This document shows, in pieces, positions 50,790 to 63,097 of a stretch of DNA of 64,000 nucleotides. The stretch is taken from positions 33,730,001-33,794,000 of the forward strand of contig NC_086097.1 in the NCBI RefSeq assembly GCF_963921235.1, given 5' to 3'. The first letter of the stretch is position 1, and each line of letters opens with the position of its first letter. Under the pieces are notes generated by a model. The model was not told where the DNA came from, made no database searches, and saw only the letters and a list, made by a program, of their open reading frames with translations. A program made the position numbers and the translations under genes. This stretch comes from Mobula hypostoma (lineage: Eukaryota).

Positions 50790-51378
50790 CTGCGCTGGCA
50801 GAGTCGGTAGAGCAACACACACAAAATGCTGCAGGAACTCAGCAGGTCAGGCTGCATCTATGGAGGGGAATAAACAGTTGACGTTTCAGGCTGAGACACT
50901 TCATCAGGACTGGAGACTAGAAGGGGGGGGTGAGCCATAATAAGAAGGTGTGGGGGGGTATGGAGAAGGAGTACCAGCTGGCAGATGATGGTGAGGGGGG
51001 AAATGGGTAGGTGGGGGAGGGAGGATGAAGTGAGAAGCTGGAAGGTGATAGCTGGAAAAGGTCATGAAGCCTTTGCTTCACAGCACCAGCCACAGGATTG
51101 AATCCTGACCTCAGGCCCCGCTTGTGTGCAGTTTGCATGTGCTCCCTCTGACCACGCGAGTTCCCTCCAGGGGCTTGTTTCTCTCCCCCATCCCAAAGGT
51201 GTGCAGGTTGACTGCCACTGTAAGTTGTCTCTAGTTTGTCACTGAATGTAGACTCTGGGGGAAGCTGCTGGGAACGTGGAGAGAATTAAAACTTGGATTA
51301 ATGTAAAATTAGTCTGAATGGTTAGCACAGACTTGATGGGCTGAAGGGCCCATTTCTGTGCTGTATGATTCTGTAACT
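50790..51378 (+). mobile_element. HE1/V-SINE-like SINE interrupted by a Penelope 3' fragment (50813-51070, minus strand)
   Basis: A box tggcagagtcggtagagc; V-domain-like tgtgtgcagtttgcatgtgctccc...catcccaaag; CR1-type tail gatgggctgaagggcc..ctgtgctgtatga. Confidence 0.75.
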
Positions 51379-51449
51379 TTGTGACTGCTCACTGGCATTT
51401 CCCTCTTCATGACAGCAGCTCTATTTTGGAATATTTAAATATTCTATTA

Positions 51450-52335
51450 CAAGTTGAGTATGCTTTATCCAAGATGGTTGGAGCCAGAAGTGTTTCAGCT
51501 TTCAGATTTTTTGGGATTTTGGAATGTATAATAAGATAGCTTGGGATCGCCATCATTTCTGACTCTGAACTCATGTGCTACCAGTAAGCAGTCCTTGTCT
51601 TACACTGTTCATCACAAACATGTACTAATCAGTAAAAATTATTACATACCATTAATATAATGAAAATATAATGTGTGCAGGGTAACAAAAGCAGCATCAG
51701 GAGAATACCTGAATCAGACCTACTCCACCTACAATGCTGTGTTTTGATTAAAAGGTCACACAGTACACTGTATTTTTATTTTACTTTTTTCAGGTTTTAT
51801 GGAAAGTAGAAAAAAATTAGCATTGTAAGCTTGTTCTGGTGTTAGATTTTCATCAGCAATAATCTTTGCAAATTTATCAATGAATTTCTCTGCTGTTCCA
51901 TGATCAGTAGATTCTTTATCTTCAAATTATTTTTATCTTTAAAAAGTTAATGCCGTGCCTTTTCTTAAGTTTCTGTAACCAGCCAGCTGAATTCTCACAA
52001 TTGCCTTCAATTTTAGTCCATTGTGATAGATCTTTGTTTATTTCACAATTAGCATGGCGTTAAGAAGCATGTGTTCGTTCTAACGTTGACGAATCCACTC
52101 TTTCCATACAGATATGAGATCTTCATTTTTTCACTTTATGCTGTGTTTTTCTATTTGTCATTAACTTCTGTTCATTACATGTGTGAGGTCACTTCTCAGA
52201 ACTGTCTGTGCTGCACAGAGACCTGGGCATTGCTTGGGAATCTTCCATTTGCGACGTCATGTCAATGCTCAAAAATAATTTCGGCTTTTGGAGGTTTTCA
52301 GACTTAGGAATTTCGGATAAGGGATACTCAACTTA
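51450..52335 (-). mobile_element. Tigger/pogo DNA transposon deletion derivative (Tigger4/Zombi-like TIRs)
   Basis: TA|CAAGTTGAGTATGCTTTATCC...GGATAAGGGATACTCAACTTA|TA; minus-strand remnant EGNCENSAGWLQKLKKRHGI (CENP-B-type HTH) at ~51950-52010. Confidence 0.87.
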
Positions 52336-53559
52336 TACTGCTTCTATGTTTGCACTGCCTATTTATGTTTCAAATTATAGTAATTTTGTCTTTGTACTGT
52401 GCTGCTGCCACTAAAGAACACATTTCATGTTGTATGAGACAGTGATAATAAACCTGATTCTGATTCTGCCTGGGTTCCCAAAAACACTGCCCCATCTTCT
52501 CAGGATGCAACCTTCCTGTGGAGCTTCTGAAACGATAAACTGTTGGAGACAGCGATTAATTGCACATAAAGCTTGCAAAGTTCTCCAGTTACAATTCTCA
52601 GAAGCCCCACACCAAAGTTTCCATATTAAAAACTCAGATGTTTCTTAAATGATTTCATTATTTCTGTTCAGCTGGAAATGACATGTGAGCATTCCTTACT
52701 TCAACTATGTGAGGTGTAGAGGGGGCAACATTTTCATGGGGGCGAACCTACCCGCCATTACTGTTCACAGGTAGTCTTGACAACCAAATCACTAGTGAGC
52801 GCTACAACACAGAAACAGACATTTCAACCCACCAAGTCTGTGCCCAGTATTAAAAATCCTTTTACATCAACCCCATTATTAATTGCATTCTTGTTCTAAC
52901 TGAAATAGTCCAAATCAGAATTTTCTCTGGTAGGCTCCCCAGGTCAACTGTCTGATTGCTTTAACTTCTTAAATCTAATGTTGTTGTTCACATACACAAG
53001 AGCAGTTCAAATGTCTTGTCCTCCGCCTGCTGATGAATTTCAGCTGTTTTCTATACTGGATGCTTGCCAGAAAAGGGCTGTTTCATAAACAAATGTTAAC
53101 TTCCTGTCAAGATCAGTACTGATTCAAAAAAACTGTCATCAAGGTTTGTCTAAGCTTGGGGCTTCCTGTGTAATCTAGAGATCGGGAGGTCAGACCACAG
53201 CACCACTGGATTCTTTTCTTAACTCAGCTAATTCTCTGCAATTCAGATATCTACTGCTCAGTCAAGTCACCATCTTTTGGTGCTCACTCGAGGCTGGTAT
53301 CCTTTGTCTCAGGTGAATTGTCCTTTTACACCAGTAGTATTGAATGTGAGGCTAATTGGAAGAGGGTGAAAGCATAAAAGAATGCATTATCTAAATCTTG
53401 GATCCTGATCAACTCATACATGACAAATTCCATTACATTCACTTCAATGTTACAGTTTCCTTAATCAAAGAACGCTGTGAGATCTATGAAGTCATATCAG
53501 AACTGCATCCAGTTTGAGAACAGTCCTTTATTCCCTCTGGATCTTGAACAATGTTTAAG

Positions 53560-53960
53560 GATACGCAGGAGAATGAGGGGAGATTTGATTGAGGCATACA
53601 AAATTACAAGTGGTAGAGACGGTAAATGCAAGCAGTGTTTTGCCACTGAGGCTGGGTGAGAGTAGAACTCGAGGTCATAGGTTAAGGGCGAAGGGCGAAG
53701 TATTTAAGGGGAACAGGAGGGGGAACTTCTTCACTCTGAGGGTGGTGAGGGTGTGGAATGAGGTGCCAGCAGAAGTGCTGGATGCAGGTTTGATTTCAAT
53801 ATTTCAGGGAAATTTGGATAGGTACATGGATAGGAGGGGTATGGAGTCCAATGGTCTGGGTGCAGTTCAATGGAACTAGGCAGAATAATAGTTTGGCATG
53901 GACTAGATGGGCTGAAGGGCTTGTTTCTGTGGTGTAGTGTTCAATGATTCAATTACTCTA
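53560..53960 (+). mobile_element. CR1 3' fragment
   Basis: RRMRGDLIEAYKI; GNFFTLRVVRVWNEVP. Confidence 0.82.
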
Positions 53961-54434
53961 TTTGTATACACTAAAGTGCAAAAAAAGCACAAACATGAAT
54001 TGAGTTGGAAGATCTTTCCATGCAGATGATAACTTGATAATGAAGATGGGCAATAAATATGGAAATACTTGCTCATATTATGTTGCAAATCATCTGGCTA
54101 TTGTTGGCTTGGCAGAGCAGGCTAGTCACATGATCACTGCTCCTACAGGGAGTCTCTTGACATAATCAGCCGCATTTATTTTCCAATTCCTCAGTGAGTT
54201 CAGGATTCAGACCTTAGAATATGATTGCACTCAGCATATTCTTGTGATTAAGCTGATTCAAGCTCAAATTTCAAGCAGTGTTTCATTACTGCATACACTT
54301 TATAGCTTACAGATGTGCACAAGGCTGCCAGTGACTTCAGACTTAACTCCATAAGGCCTGGTGCCAAAGGAGAGAATATCACCATTGAAGAATGCTCAGG
54401 GAATGGAGGAGAAAGCCAATGCGACAGGCCCCTG

Positions 54435-55058
54435 GTTCAACTAGAATACAAGAACAAGGATGTGATGCTGTGGCTTTATAAGGCACTTGTGAGGCCTCAC
54501 CTTGAGTATTGTGAATGGTTTTGGACCTCTTATCTTAGAAAAGATGTGCTGGCATTGGAGAGGATCCAGAGGAGGTTCACCAGGATGATTCCAGGAATGA
54601 AAGGGTTAGCATATGAGGAATGTTTGATGGCTCTGGGTCTGTACTCGCTGGAATTCAGAAGGATGAGGGGATGTCATTGAAACCTTTCGAATGTTGAAAG
54701 TTCTAGACAGAGTAGATGTGGAAAGGACGTTTCCCATGGTGGGAGAATCTAGGACAAGAGGGTACAGCCTCAGGATAGAGGGGCACCCTTTCAAAACAGA
54801 GATGCGGAGAAATTTCTTCAACCAAAGGGTGGTGAATTTGTGGAATTTGTTGCCACATGCAGCTGTGGAGGCCAGGCCGTTCGATGTATTTAAGGCAGAA
54901 ATTGATAGGTTCTTGATCGGACTTGGCATCAAAGGTTACGGGGAGAAGTTCGGGAACTGGGGTTGAGGAGAAGAAAAAAAAGGATCAGCCATGATTGAAC
55001 GGCGGAGCAGACTCGACGGGCCAGATGGCCTAATTCTGCTCCTATGTCTTATGGTCTC
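54435..55058 (+). mobile_element. CR1 3' part
   Basis: LYKALVRPHLEYCEWFW; RRNFFNQRVVNLWN; tail ctcctatgtcttatggtc. Confidence 0.9.
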
Positions 55059-57319
55059 ATAACTGCACTGTCCTTGGCCTTTCCCAGAAGGGTGAAGGTG
55101 GATCTTCCCCTGCAGTGGCTGCCGTTTAGCCTGTGGTGGCAAAATGAGTCTGTCAGAACCCTGCCTTCCTCTCCTGATTTATGAGGTTCTTGGAAAATGG
55201 AAATGGATAACATTGTGATCCTCTGTGATGGTTGACAGGGATCTGAGGGAACCACAAGATCACACCACGTTTTCCTTCATGTATTGACCTCTGAGCTTTC
55301 TGACTGTCTCTCTCTAGCAGAACAACATGTTTCTCCCCCACCCCGCTGTCCATAGAGATCTCAGCTACTTGGACTGACAGGCACAAAATTTAGCCCATCT
55401 TTCACATGAATTTCTACTTGTCCCATGGGCTGAAACTTGGCCCCATCCCTGTGGATGTGTCCAGAAGTACAGCTGAAGATCCCCTCTTTGGCAGAGGAAG
55501 ATACATTAGGGACTGTGAAGAGACTCTCAGATAAAAGAAAACTGGAGGGCTGTGTGAGAGGGAAGGGTTAGATTGACCTTAGAGTAGGTTGAAAGGTCGG
55601 CACACAATTGTAGCGGAAGGGTCCATATTTTGCTTCACTGTTCTATGTTCTATGTTCTTAGTTTTGCCTTTCATCAATATGCAATAAGAGTGATAAACAA
55701 TCAGTGTAAAAGTTTGGCATGGATTTGGCTGCCTGACTCTGTGACTCCATGACTCCATATTGAAGTTTCAGAAATGTATTCAATGCCCCCAAGCTCGTCA
55801 AGAGATCCCAACCCAGACCTGTCAGGTTGCTGCTGGAATTCAACAGCTGACATTTTTTGCTGATGCTTTTAAGACACAAATTATTAATAATCATAATGTT
55901 AACTGGATTACTTGGTTGTAAAGAGGCTGCACCTCAAAAGTTTAGAAAGGACAGGAAAAGTGGAATACAAATGTTTTCTTTCCCTCATTGTAGGATATAC
56001 AAAGCACTACTGGGTCAAATTGCCCTTCCTTTCCCTTCCCATCTATGTTAGGCAGGTAGGGTCTGAAGTGGTCCAACTTAGAGCTAACAGGTACAATGTG
56101 TTCTACTTTTATTGTATCAGGATCTCAAGACATACCTGATTTACAATTCCATTTGCTTTTGACATTATGAATCCCAGCAGATTGTGATTTCCCTATGAGT
56201 CATTTAGGAGAAGGGGAAGTGATCCCAGCGCCAACAACAAAGTCACCACCAAGATCCTGAAAGGGACTTACCAGTTGAGAGGTTGTTTCCATAGGCAAGA
56301 GAACCACTGCCTTAGGACATGTATTGATCATTTAAGACTAAGATGAGGAGTTTTTTTTTTAAATTACAGGGTTGTAAATCTTTGAAATCCTTTACCCCAA
56401 TAAGCTTTGGGTGCTGATTGCTTCAGATATTGAAGGCTGTGCCTGATTTACTTTTGGACTTTGTAAATCTGTGCATCGTGAACATAGATATGATGCACAG
56501 GGTTAGGTTTTGGAGATCACCCATGACATTATTGAATTCTGGTGCAGACTCTCGGTGCTGGACAGCCTACTCTGGTTTGTGCTTGTTATGATCACATGGG
56601 AATTACGCTCTTTGAGTCTAAATGTGTTTATGCAGAACTAACATTTGCTTTGCTCACTAAGGTTTCTTTTCACTTCAGTTTGTGCTGTGGCTGGAAACCA
56701 TGAAGTAATTGGAGCTGTTTCCTCTCAAGATGCATTTTAGCTGACACTCCCATTTAACTGTTTATGCAAACAGTCGGACTTTTTGATCTTCATTCTTTAA
56801 ATGCTGATTTGGCCTTATTGGGGAAGAAGAAAACCAAACTTGTTTCAATATACTACTTGGTACAATAGAAAGCAGGTGGTGATCAGTTCAGTACATTTTA
56901 ATTTGAAGAAGGTGTACTTTAAAGGGATTTTGTTTACAATATTATTTGCCATCACAGTGAGATTTAGTGTGGACGGGAGTTAATCTTTGTGTGAGAAGGT
57001 GATCAAAGAGAGCTATGCACCATGGAAACAGGCCTTTTGGCCCAACTGGTCCATGCTGAACGAGATGTCCTTGCTTGCCTGCATTTGGCTCATGACCCTG
57101 TAATTTGTTCCTATATGTATGCAGCTCCTCCCCAGGTTACAAGCACTTCACAGCTAGTGGTTGGGATTAAAAGTTGTTTATCCGTGTTTGGGGAGGCGGG
57201 AGTGAGCAAACGTGCCCTTCAGCCCGCTGTCCGTCACACCAATCCTACCCCAGCCGGTTTCACTCCTCTCTACGTGCCCATCAACTGCCCCGCGCCCACG
57301 CACAGCGAGCAGAGGGGGT

Positions 57320-57700
57320 GCAATTTAGAACCGTAACCGTCAGCGAACCCACCGAGCCACATGTCTTTGGGATAGAATCACACAGCACGGAAGCAGGACG
57401 CTCAGACCACCATGTCCATACTGGCCAGTGAGCACACGTCTGCATTAATCCCATCTCCTTGCGCTTTGACCGGAGCCTTCCCTTCCTGGGCAATTTAAGA
57501 GTTTGTCTGCACACTTCTTCAATGCTGCTAGTGACTCTCCTTTCACCACTCTCTCTGTTACTGTGTTCCAGGTACTCACTGCTCTCTGGGTGAGAAATGA
57601 TCCCCTCTAAATCCGTGTCCTCTGTTTTTATCTGCCTCTGATGAGGGGCAATGTTTCCTGCAGTCTGCCCTATCTATACCCATCATAATGTTATAACATA
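57320..57700 (-). mobile_element. Decayed SINE/CR1 tail fragments
   Basis: atagaatcacacagcacggaagcagg..., caggtactcactgctctctgggtgag. Confidence 0.55.
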
Positions 57701-57889
57701 ATTGTAAACCCCACCTATTATAAAGAGTCAGATTTGAAAAGGTATAGTAAAGTTATTTCTAACCTTGATGTCATATTGTTTATTTCCCTGCTCACCTAAA
57801 ACTTTGTGACGTGTTTGAACTTAATGGAAAAGCTGTACAAGTTATCTTGGTGTAAGAATTGAGTTGCTTATGCACACTATGCCACTGAC

Positions 57890-58053
57890 CTGCACCGAAG
57901 ACCTTGGCACTTGCTTCAAGTTCAGAGTCCTCCTCCTTTCCCACTGATGGATCGAATCCTGGACCTCGTGGCTGAGTTGGCGAGTGACAGTCTGCTTATC
58001 AAAATGTTTGATATGTTCTAAGGCGCCGTAGGTTGTCGTCAAATAATAATACC
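57890..58053 (-). CDS. RIN3: RIN3 (Ras and Rab interactor 3), penultimate coding exon: end of VPS9 region and linker
   Basis: Acceptor tgttccAG|GG at 58054/58053 and donor CAG|GTcagt at 57890/57889; 164 bp, phase 1 in, phase 0 out. Translates (G)YYYLTTTYGALEHIKHFDKQTVTRQLSHEVQDSIHQWERRRTLNLKQVPRSSVQ, closely matching vertebrate RIN3 as I recall it (SYYLTTTYGALEHIK..DK.TVTRQLS.EVQDSIH.WERRRTLN...SRSSVQ). Confidence 0.93.
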
Positions 58054-59989
58054 CTGGAACACAGCAAAGTCCATCAACTCCCACCAATTATGTACAATTA
58101 ACTGCTGCATGGAGTAATTGTGTTACTTACCACTTGGGATGCATTGTATACAAAACAGCGAGTTGCAATTAGGTTATGTTATTCCAAGTCAACAGTATTA
58201 CAGGCATTAATTAATTTTGTGAAGGCTTGGCTCTAATTAGCTCTTTGTATGTGTGCACACACTGGATGTTTTAATTAAATTTTCTAGGATCTCTGAAAGC
58301 TAGTTTGTTTCCCATCTTATCTACAATTACCTGCTTTATATTTCTGGTGCTCCATGTGGCTATATTGGATAGTTTTGGAAAACAGTCCCTAGGATTGTGT
58401 TGCATCTTAAACTGTTAACTTGTGCAGAATGCTCATGAAGTTCTACGTCTAACCTGATTACCATCATGTCAGTGCTCACGCCATTTGTAACTGAATCCAG
58501 TCGTTTGCATATCTAACATTAGTTTAGGCTAATATTGAATAAATGCTGCCTACACCTTAAGGAAGAAAGCATCTAATTCTTTTTTGCTACCACACATTAA
58601 GCACTAGTTCCATACACTACACACCCACCAGGAAGGGGAAGTCTTTCTGGAGACTTTTGCTGTTTAGAAAAAAAATGACAGAACGCTGGCAAGAATGCCC
58701 CCTCACTCCTACCCCTGTTTAATTGACTCACGCTGATGAACAAGCAGAGGGGGACATTGAGTCCTACAGCCCAGAGTGAAGCTGTGACATGATAAGGCAA
58801 AGTCAGGAGCTGAAGGAATGTGGCTGGTCTGTTGCAAGAAATTGATTGACCTCGCAGGCCTAGTGAAACTCAGGGAACGAATCGTCACACATTGTGTCCT
58901 AGCAACTGCACCACTGGTCTCACACACACTGCTCCTGCTCAGGTATGGGTTCTTTAAATAGATCTAACTCCACTGTTGGTGGCAAGAAATTGAAAATCGT
59001 TGTCAAGAAACAAGCAATTTTGAAAAGCTGGTCAACTTTACTTATTGCCTGATGTTTCTTCACACACCTAAGGAAAAAAATAAGAAAACACAGCAAGAAT
59101 AGATACACTTATAGAGGGAAACTGGAATTGAATTCGAGAAACAGGTTCAATTTCCTTAATCTATATTTTCCATTAGCGACCTTGCAGTGTTATACACCAT
59201 TCTATACACAGGTACGCCCATACCTTCTCCTAAGTGTAATGAAGGGTCGAGTAACTCCATCATATATTCCACATCCAGAAGAAGCGACGTCAGGTTGCTT
59301 CTCGCCAACACATACATTAACACAGGGAGGAAGTCATCTGCACCATGTGACTTTGCTAAAGACAGAAACAGAATTGGAACATTAATTAGCGTTTTCCATT
59401 CTCCTGTAAAGCTGTCAGTAGGTTTCTCAGTGACAGACCAATGTTCAAAAATATCCTAGCATCTCTCAGATGTACTTCATACTCATTAGACTCATCTTGT
59501 GGAAGCTCTTTGCACACAAACATTAAAGCTTCAGGAATCACTGCAGATGCACATTCTCAGCTTCCTGTTTGGTGGCATAACCCTGCTTAAATAAGATTTC
59601 TCCTTGTCACTGTCACTTTTTTCAAATGTGCACCTGCCATTATCAATCTAGAATTTTCTATCAAAGGTAGTAGTTCTTCCAATATGTTTAATAACTTACA
59701 TATAAATAAATTATGTATCTAAATAACCAATGTGCGAGAATGCAGAAGGGGCTCAGACTGATTCTCTGGATATCCATATGGTTTACTATTTTGTGATTTT
59801 CTGCAGAATAACTTGCAGATCTCTGTGATCTGGGGTAAATTTTATGTACTTACAAACTATTTCAAATAAAATATCCATATTCCCATCACATGCAAGTAAT
59901 GCTAAACACAGCCCGGTCCAAACAATCTAATTTTACATGTGTAGTATCTCTCAGGTAAGTATGTTAAGATAAAACAGATTTTCAATAAA

Positions 59990-60415
59990 AGTTTCTCCCC
60001 CTCCCCTTCTCTCTTTTCCACTTCCTCATTTGGGCTCCCCTCTTTCCCCCCATCTTCCTCTCACCTGACTATCACCTCCCTCTCGTGCCCGACCTTCCCT
60101 TTCTCCCATGGTCCACTCTCCTCTCCTTCTTCTTCAGCCCTTTACCTTTTCCACCTATCACCTCCCAGCTTCTCACTTCATCCTCCCACCCCACCCACCT
60201 ACCTTCCCCCTCACTTGGTTTTCACCTGTCACCTGTCATCTTGTACTCCTTCCCCTTCACTCCCCCATCTTCTTATTCTAATTCCCCTCCCTATACCTTC
60301 TTCTTCACCCCCCTTTACTTCCCAGTTCTGATGAAGGAACTCGGCCTGAAACGTTCTCCTCCATAGATGCCGCCTGGCCTGCTGAGATCCTCCAGCATTA
60401 GTGTTTGTTGCTCCT
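59990..60415 (+). mobile_element. Penelope 3' end fragment with truncated hammerhead motif (~60323-60355)
   Basis: Pyrimidine tract, then cagttCTGATGAaggaactcggcctGAAACgtt...gatgccgcctggcctgctgag. Confidence 0.78.
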
Positions 60416-61396
60416 TCCACTGTTTTGTATTTTAATGAAATTTTATCGTCTAACTAAATTGTATGCATGTTCTAATTTTAAAACTGTTTAAAACATTGTC
60501 TAACTTTGTGCCTTTTCCTTTTGAATCAGTGATAATTCTACAATGTGATTGTTTGTTCAATCAGCTTGATATTGAAAATCAGGCATCTCTCTGACCTGTA
60601 GTGATGGCCTACGTCCAACAAATACTGATGCTCAGTCAAGGTTTTTAGCCTGTGGACCTTCCTAAAAGCTACTCTGTGATCACTCTAAAAAAATCCATTT
60701 ACCGATTTCACTATTGTTAGCGAGTTATGGTCATGCTCCGTCCTTGCATCTTGTCTTTTGATAAGGGAATGTATTGGACGTTAATTTTGACCGCTTTTTG
60801 CTCAACGCATTAAACTCCAATATATTTTGTTACATATTTACTTGTATTCGTGTACCTATGTCCTCAATATACATTAAGCTATCAAAGGTGGGGGACATTC
60901 ATTTCTCCAAGCCCCTGCAATGTGGTGATTTCATGAAAATCATTTTTTTAGTTGGGAACTCTGTCTGTAGACAGAGTAATGTTGCATGTTGTAATCTAGC
61001 ATAAGGCAGGGAGAAGTCTAGCTATATAGTAGGTTGATTAGCATGCAGGGATATGCAGGAGGTGGGAAGAAAGGAGTTTGCAAAACTCCTACTCCCCAGT
61101 ATCATCTGATAAAGTTTGAGAGGTTACAAATACGTGCTCATGTTCTGGGTTGAGATGCATTCGTGTGTGTGAAATTATGCTTGTTACAGAAAGATGTACT
61201 CTCAACACTTTGAAAGGGCTCCTTAATGTTTCGCAGTAGCATAGCAAAATGATTTTGTAGGCTTGGAGATTCTTAAAGTTATTTATTTTTTAAGTACTAA
61301 ATAATTGATTTTGAATGTAAAACAAGGAGGGGTCCGCGTAGAGGACAAGGGAGGGGGCAAGGAAGAGGGGGAGTGGGCAAAATCAAGTGTGCTGGG

Positions 61397-61398
<2 letters not shown>

Positions 61399-61455
<57 letters not shown>
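61399..61455. repeat. (TG)n microsatellite
   Basis: About 28 perfect TG units. Confidence 0.97.
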
Positions 61456-61459
<4 letters not shown>

Positions 61460-63097
61460 GTGTAAAATCTGGTCTAGGACCTCCTAGCCATTGGATCAAG
61501 TGCTTATTCCTGTCAAAACCTTGTGGTAGCTGTGCTGCAGTGCCTTCCCCACTTTTGCTGCTTCCCAGAAACAGAGTGGAAGCAAGTCATCCTTCACCCC
61601 AAGAGACTGGCTAAGGAGGAAAAAAAGGGAACAGGCAGTGTGTGTCAGTAGACACACTATCTGTAGGATATCAGACATCACAGCCTCACTTTCCATTAAG
61701 GGGTCGCTAAAACTTAATTCTTGCAGCTTCCTTTGCTGACTGTAAGCACGTCATGTAACAGACAAAAAGTTAATCTATTCTTAACATGGAATTGTGATTA
61801 AGGCAGGTTTATATCTTCAGTTACAATGTCTAGTTGCCACTACAGATGGAAATGTAGAAATTGGCAACTGCTTGTAAGTTTTCTAGCTGTTGGTGAGGAG
61901 AACCAGTAATATTTTCTAAAATGTAATAACAGAGTTTTGAGATACATCCAGACACATATTGTCAACACATGGTCTGTTTTTATAAAGCCTGCTGTGATGA
62001 AACTTCCTTATTCTTCTAGATATAAATACATCAGTTTAAATAACTGCCTCCTCCTGTTACATATTGATGATAATTTGAAGCCTTATTGCCTAAGATTTTG
62101 CACACTGAACATCACAGGTAAATTTTCATCTTTGCTGTCCTTATTAAATTCTTATTATTAATATTTATAAGATGTCCTTCCTTATTAATAATATTTATGA
62201 AAGATTAGATTGATGCTGCTGCAACCCTCCTGCACACACTCAACTAGTAGAATGGTTCCATTATTAGCCAGAGAAGAAAAAAACGCTTCGATGATGGATG
62301 TTTGGCATTGTTACAACTTCTCTATTGTAATTTAACTGAGGTGATAACTTTATATTCCTAGGTATACAAAATACAATGCAAAGTAGTAAATTGCAAGTAC
62401 TAATTTGGTTTTAAAATGGGAGCATTGGGCAATTGTTTTTAATGAATACATTATGCAATGGTTTTGTGAGTTAATCTCTGCTCCACTTCTATTCAGTATC
62501 CTATGGTCAAGTCTCGTTGTACAACTATGACAAAATACAGGAGAATATTGCTTGCAACTCATAAAAAAAGGTTGCTGGATACATTTGAAAAATAAACTGC
62601 TGAATGATATGCCTTCAATCTGTTGTAAGCAATCAGAGTTTAGTTCAGATTAGTGCATTAGGCCGTCTATTCAGTGTCACCAGCCTCTCAAATAAGCAAC
62701 CCACATCCCTTATGCTCAGGAGAACTTCCACAAATTTCTACTGATATGGATCTATATGGATTTTTAACACTTCAATAATCTGAGCTGGAACTACAATCAT
62801 GAATTTGCATGCACCATCCATTAGCTTTTCAAAGCAACCACAGAAGACGACTGTATATTAATTCCATACGGAATGCAAAAATAGACATTTCACAGATGAG
62901 CAAAATCCTTCAACTTCTTGTCTAGTATGGAAATGTCCTCTAGCCTGTGTCCAACTTAAAAACTGAATGTAATTAAATTCAAACCAAGCTCTGTAAGTAG
63001 TTAAGTACATGGAAATGCAATAGAGGAAGGCAAATGCGATGTTAACATTCATTTCGAGCAGACTAGAATATAAAAGCAAGGATGTATAAAAGCAAGG

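Noticed and set aside
61305..61614. Cys/Val-rich ORFs (also 33127-33546)
   Set aside because: Translations of TG/CA microsatellites.
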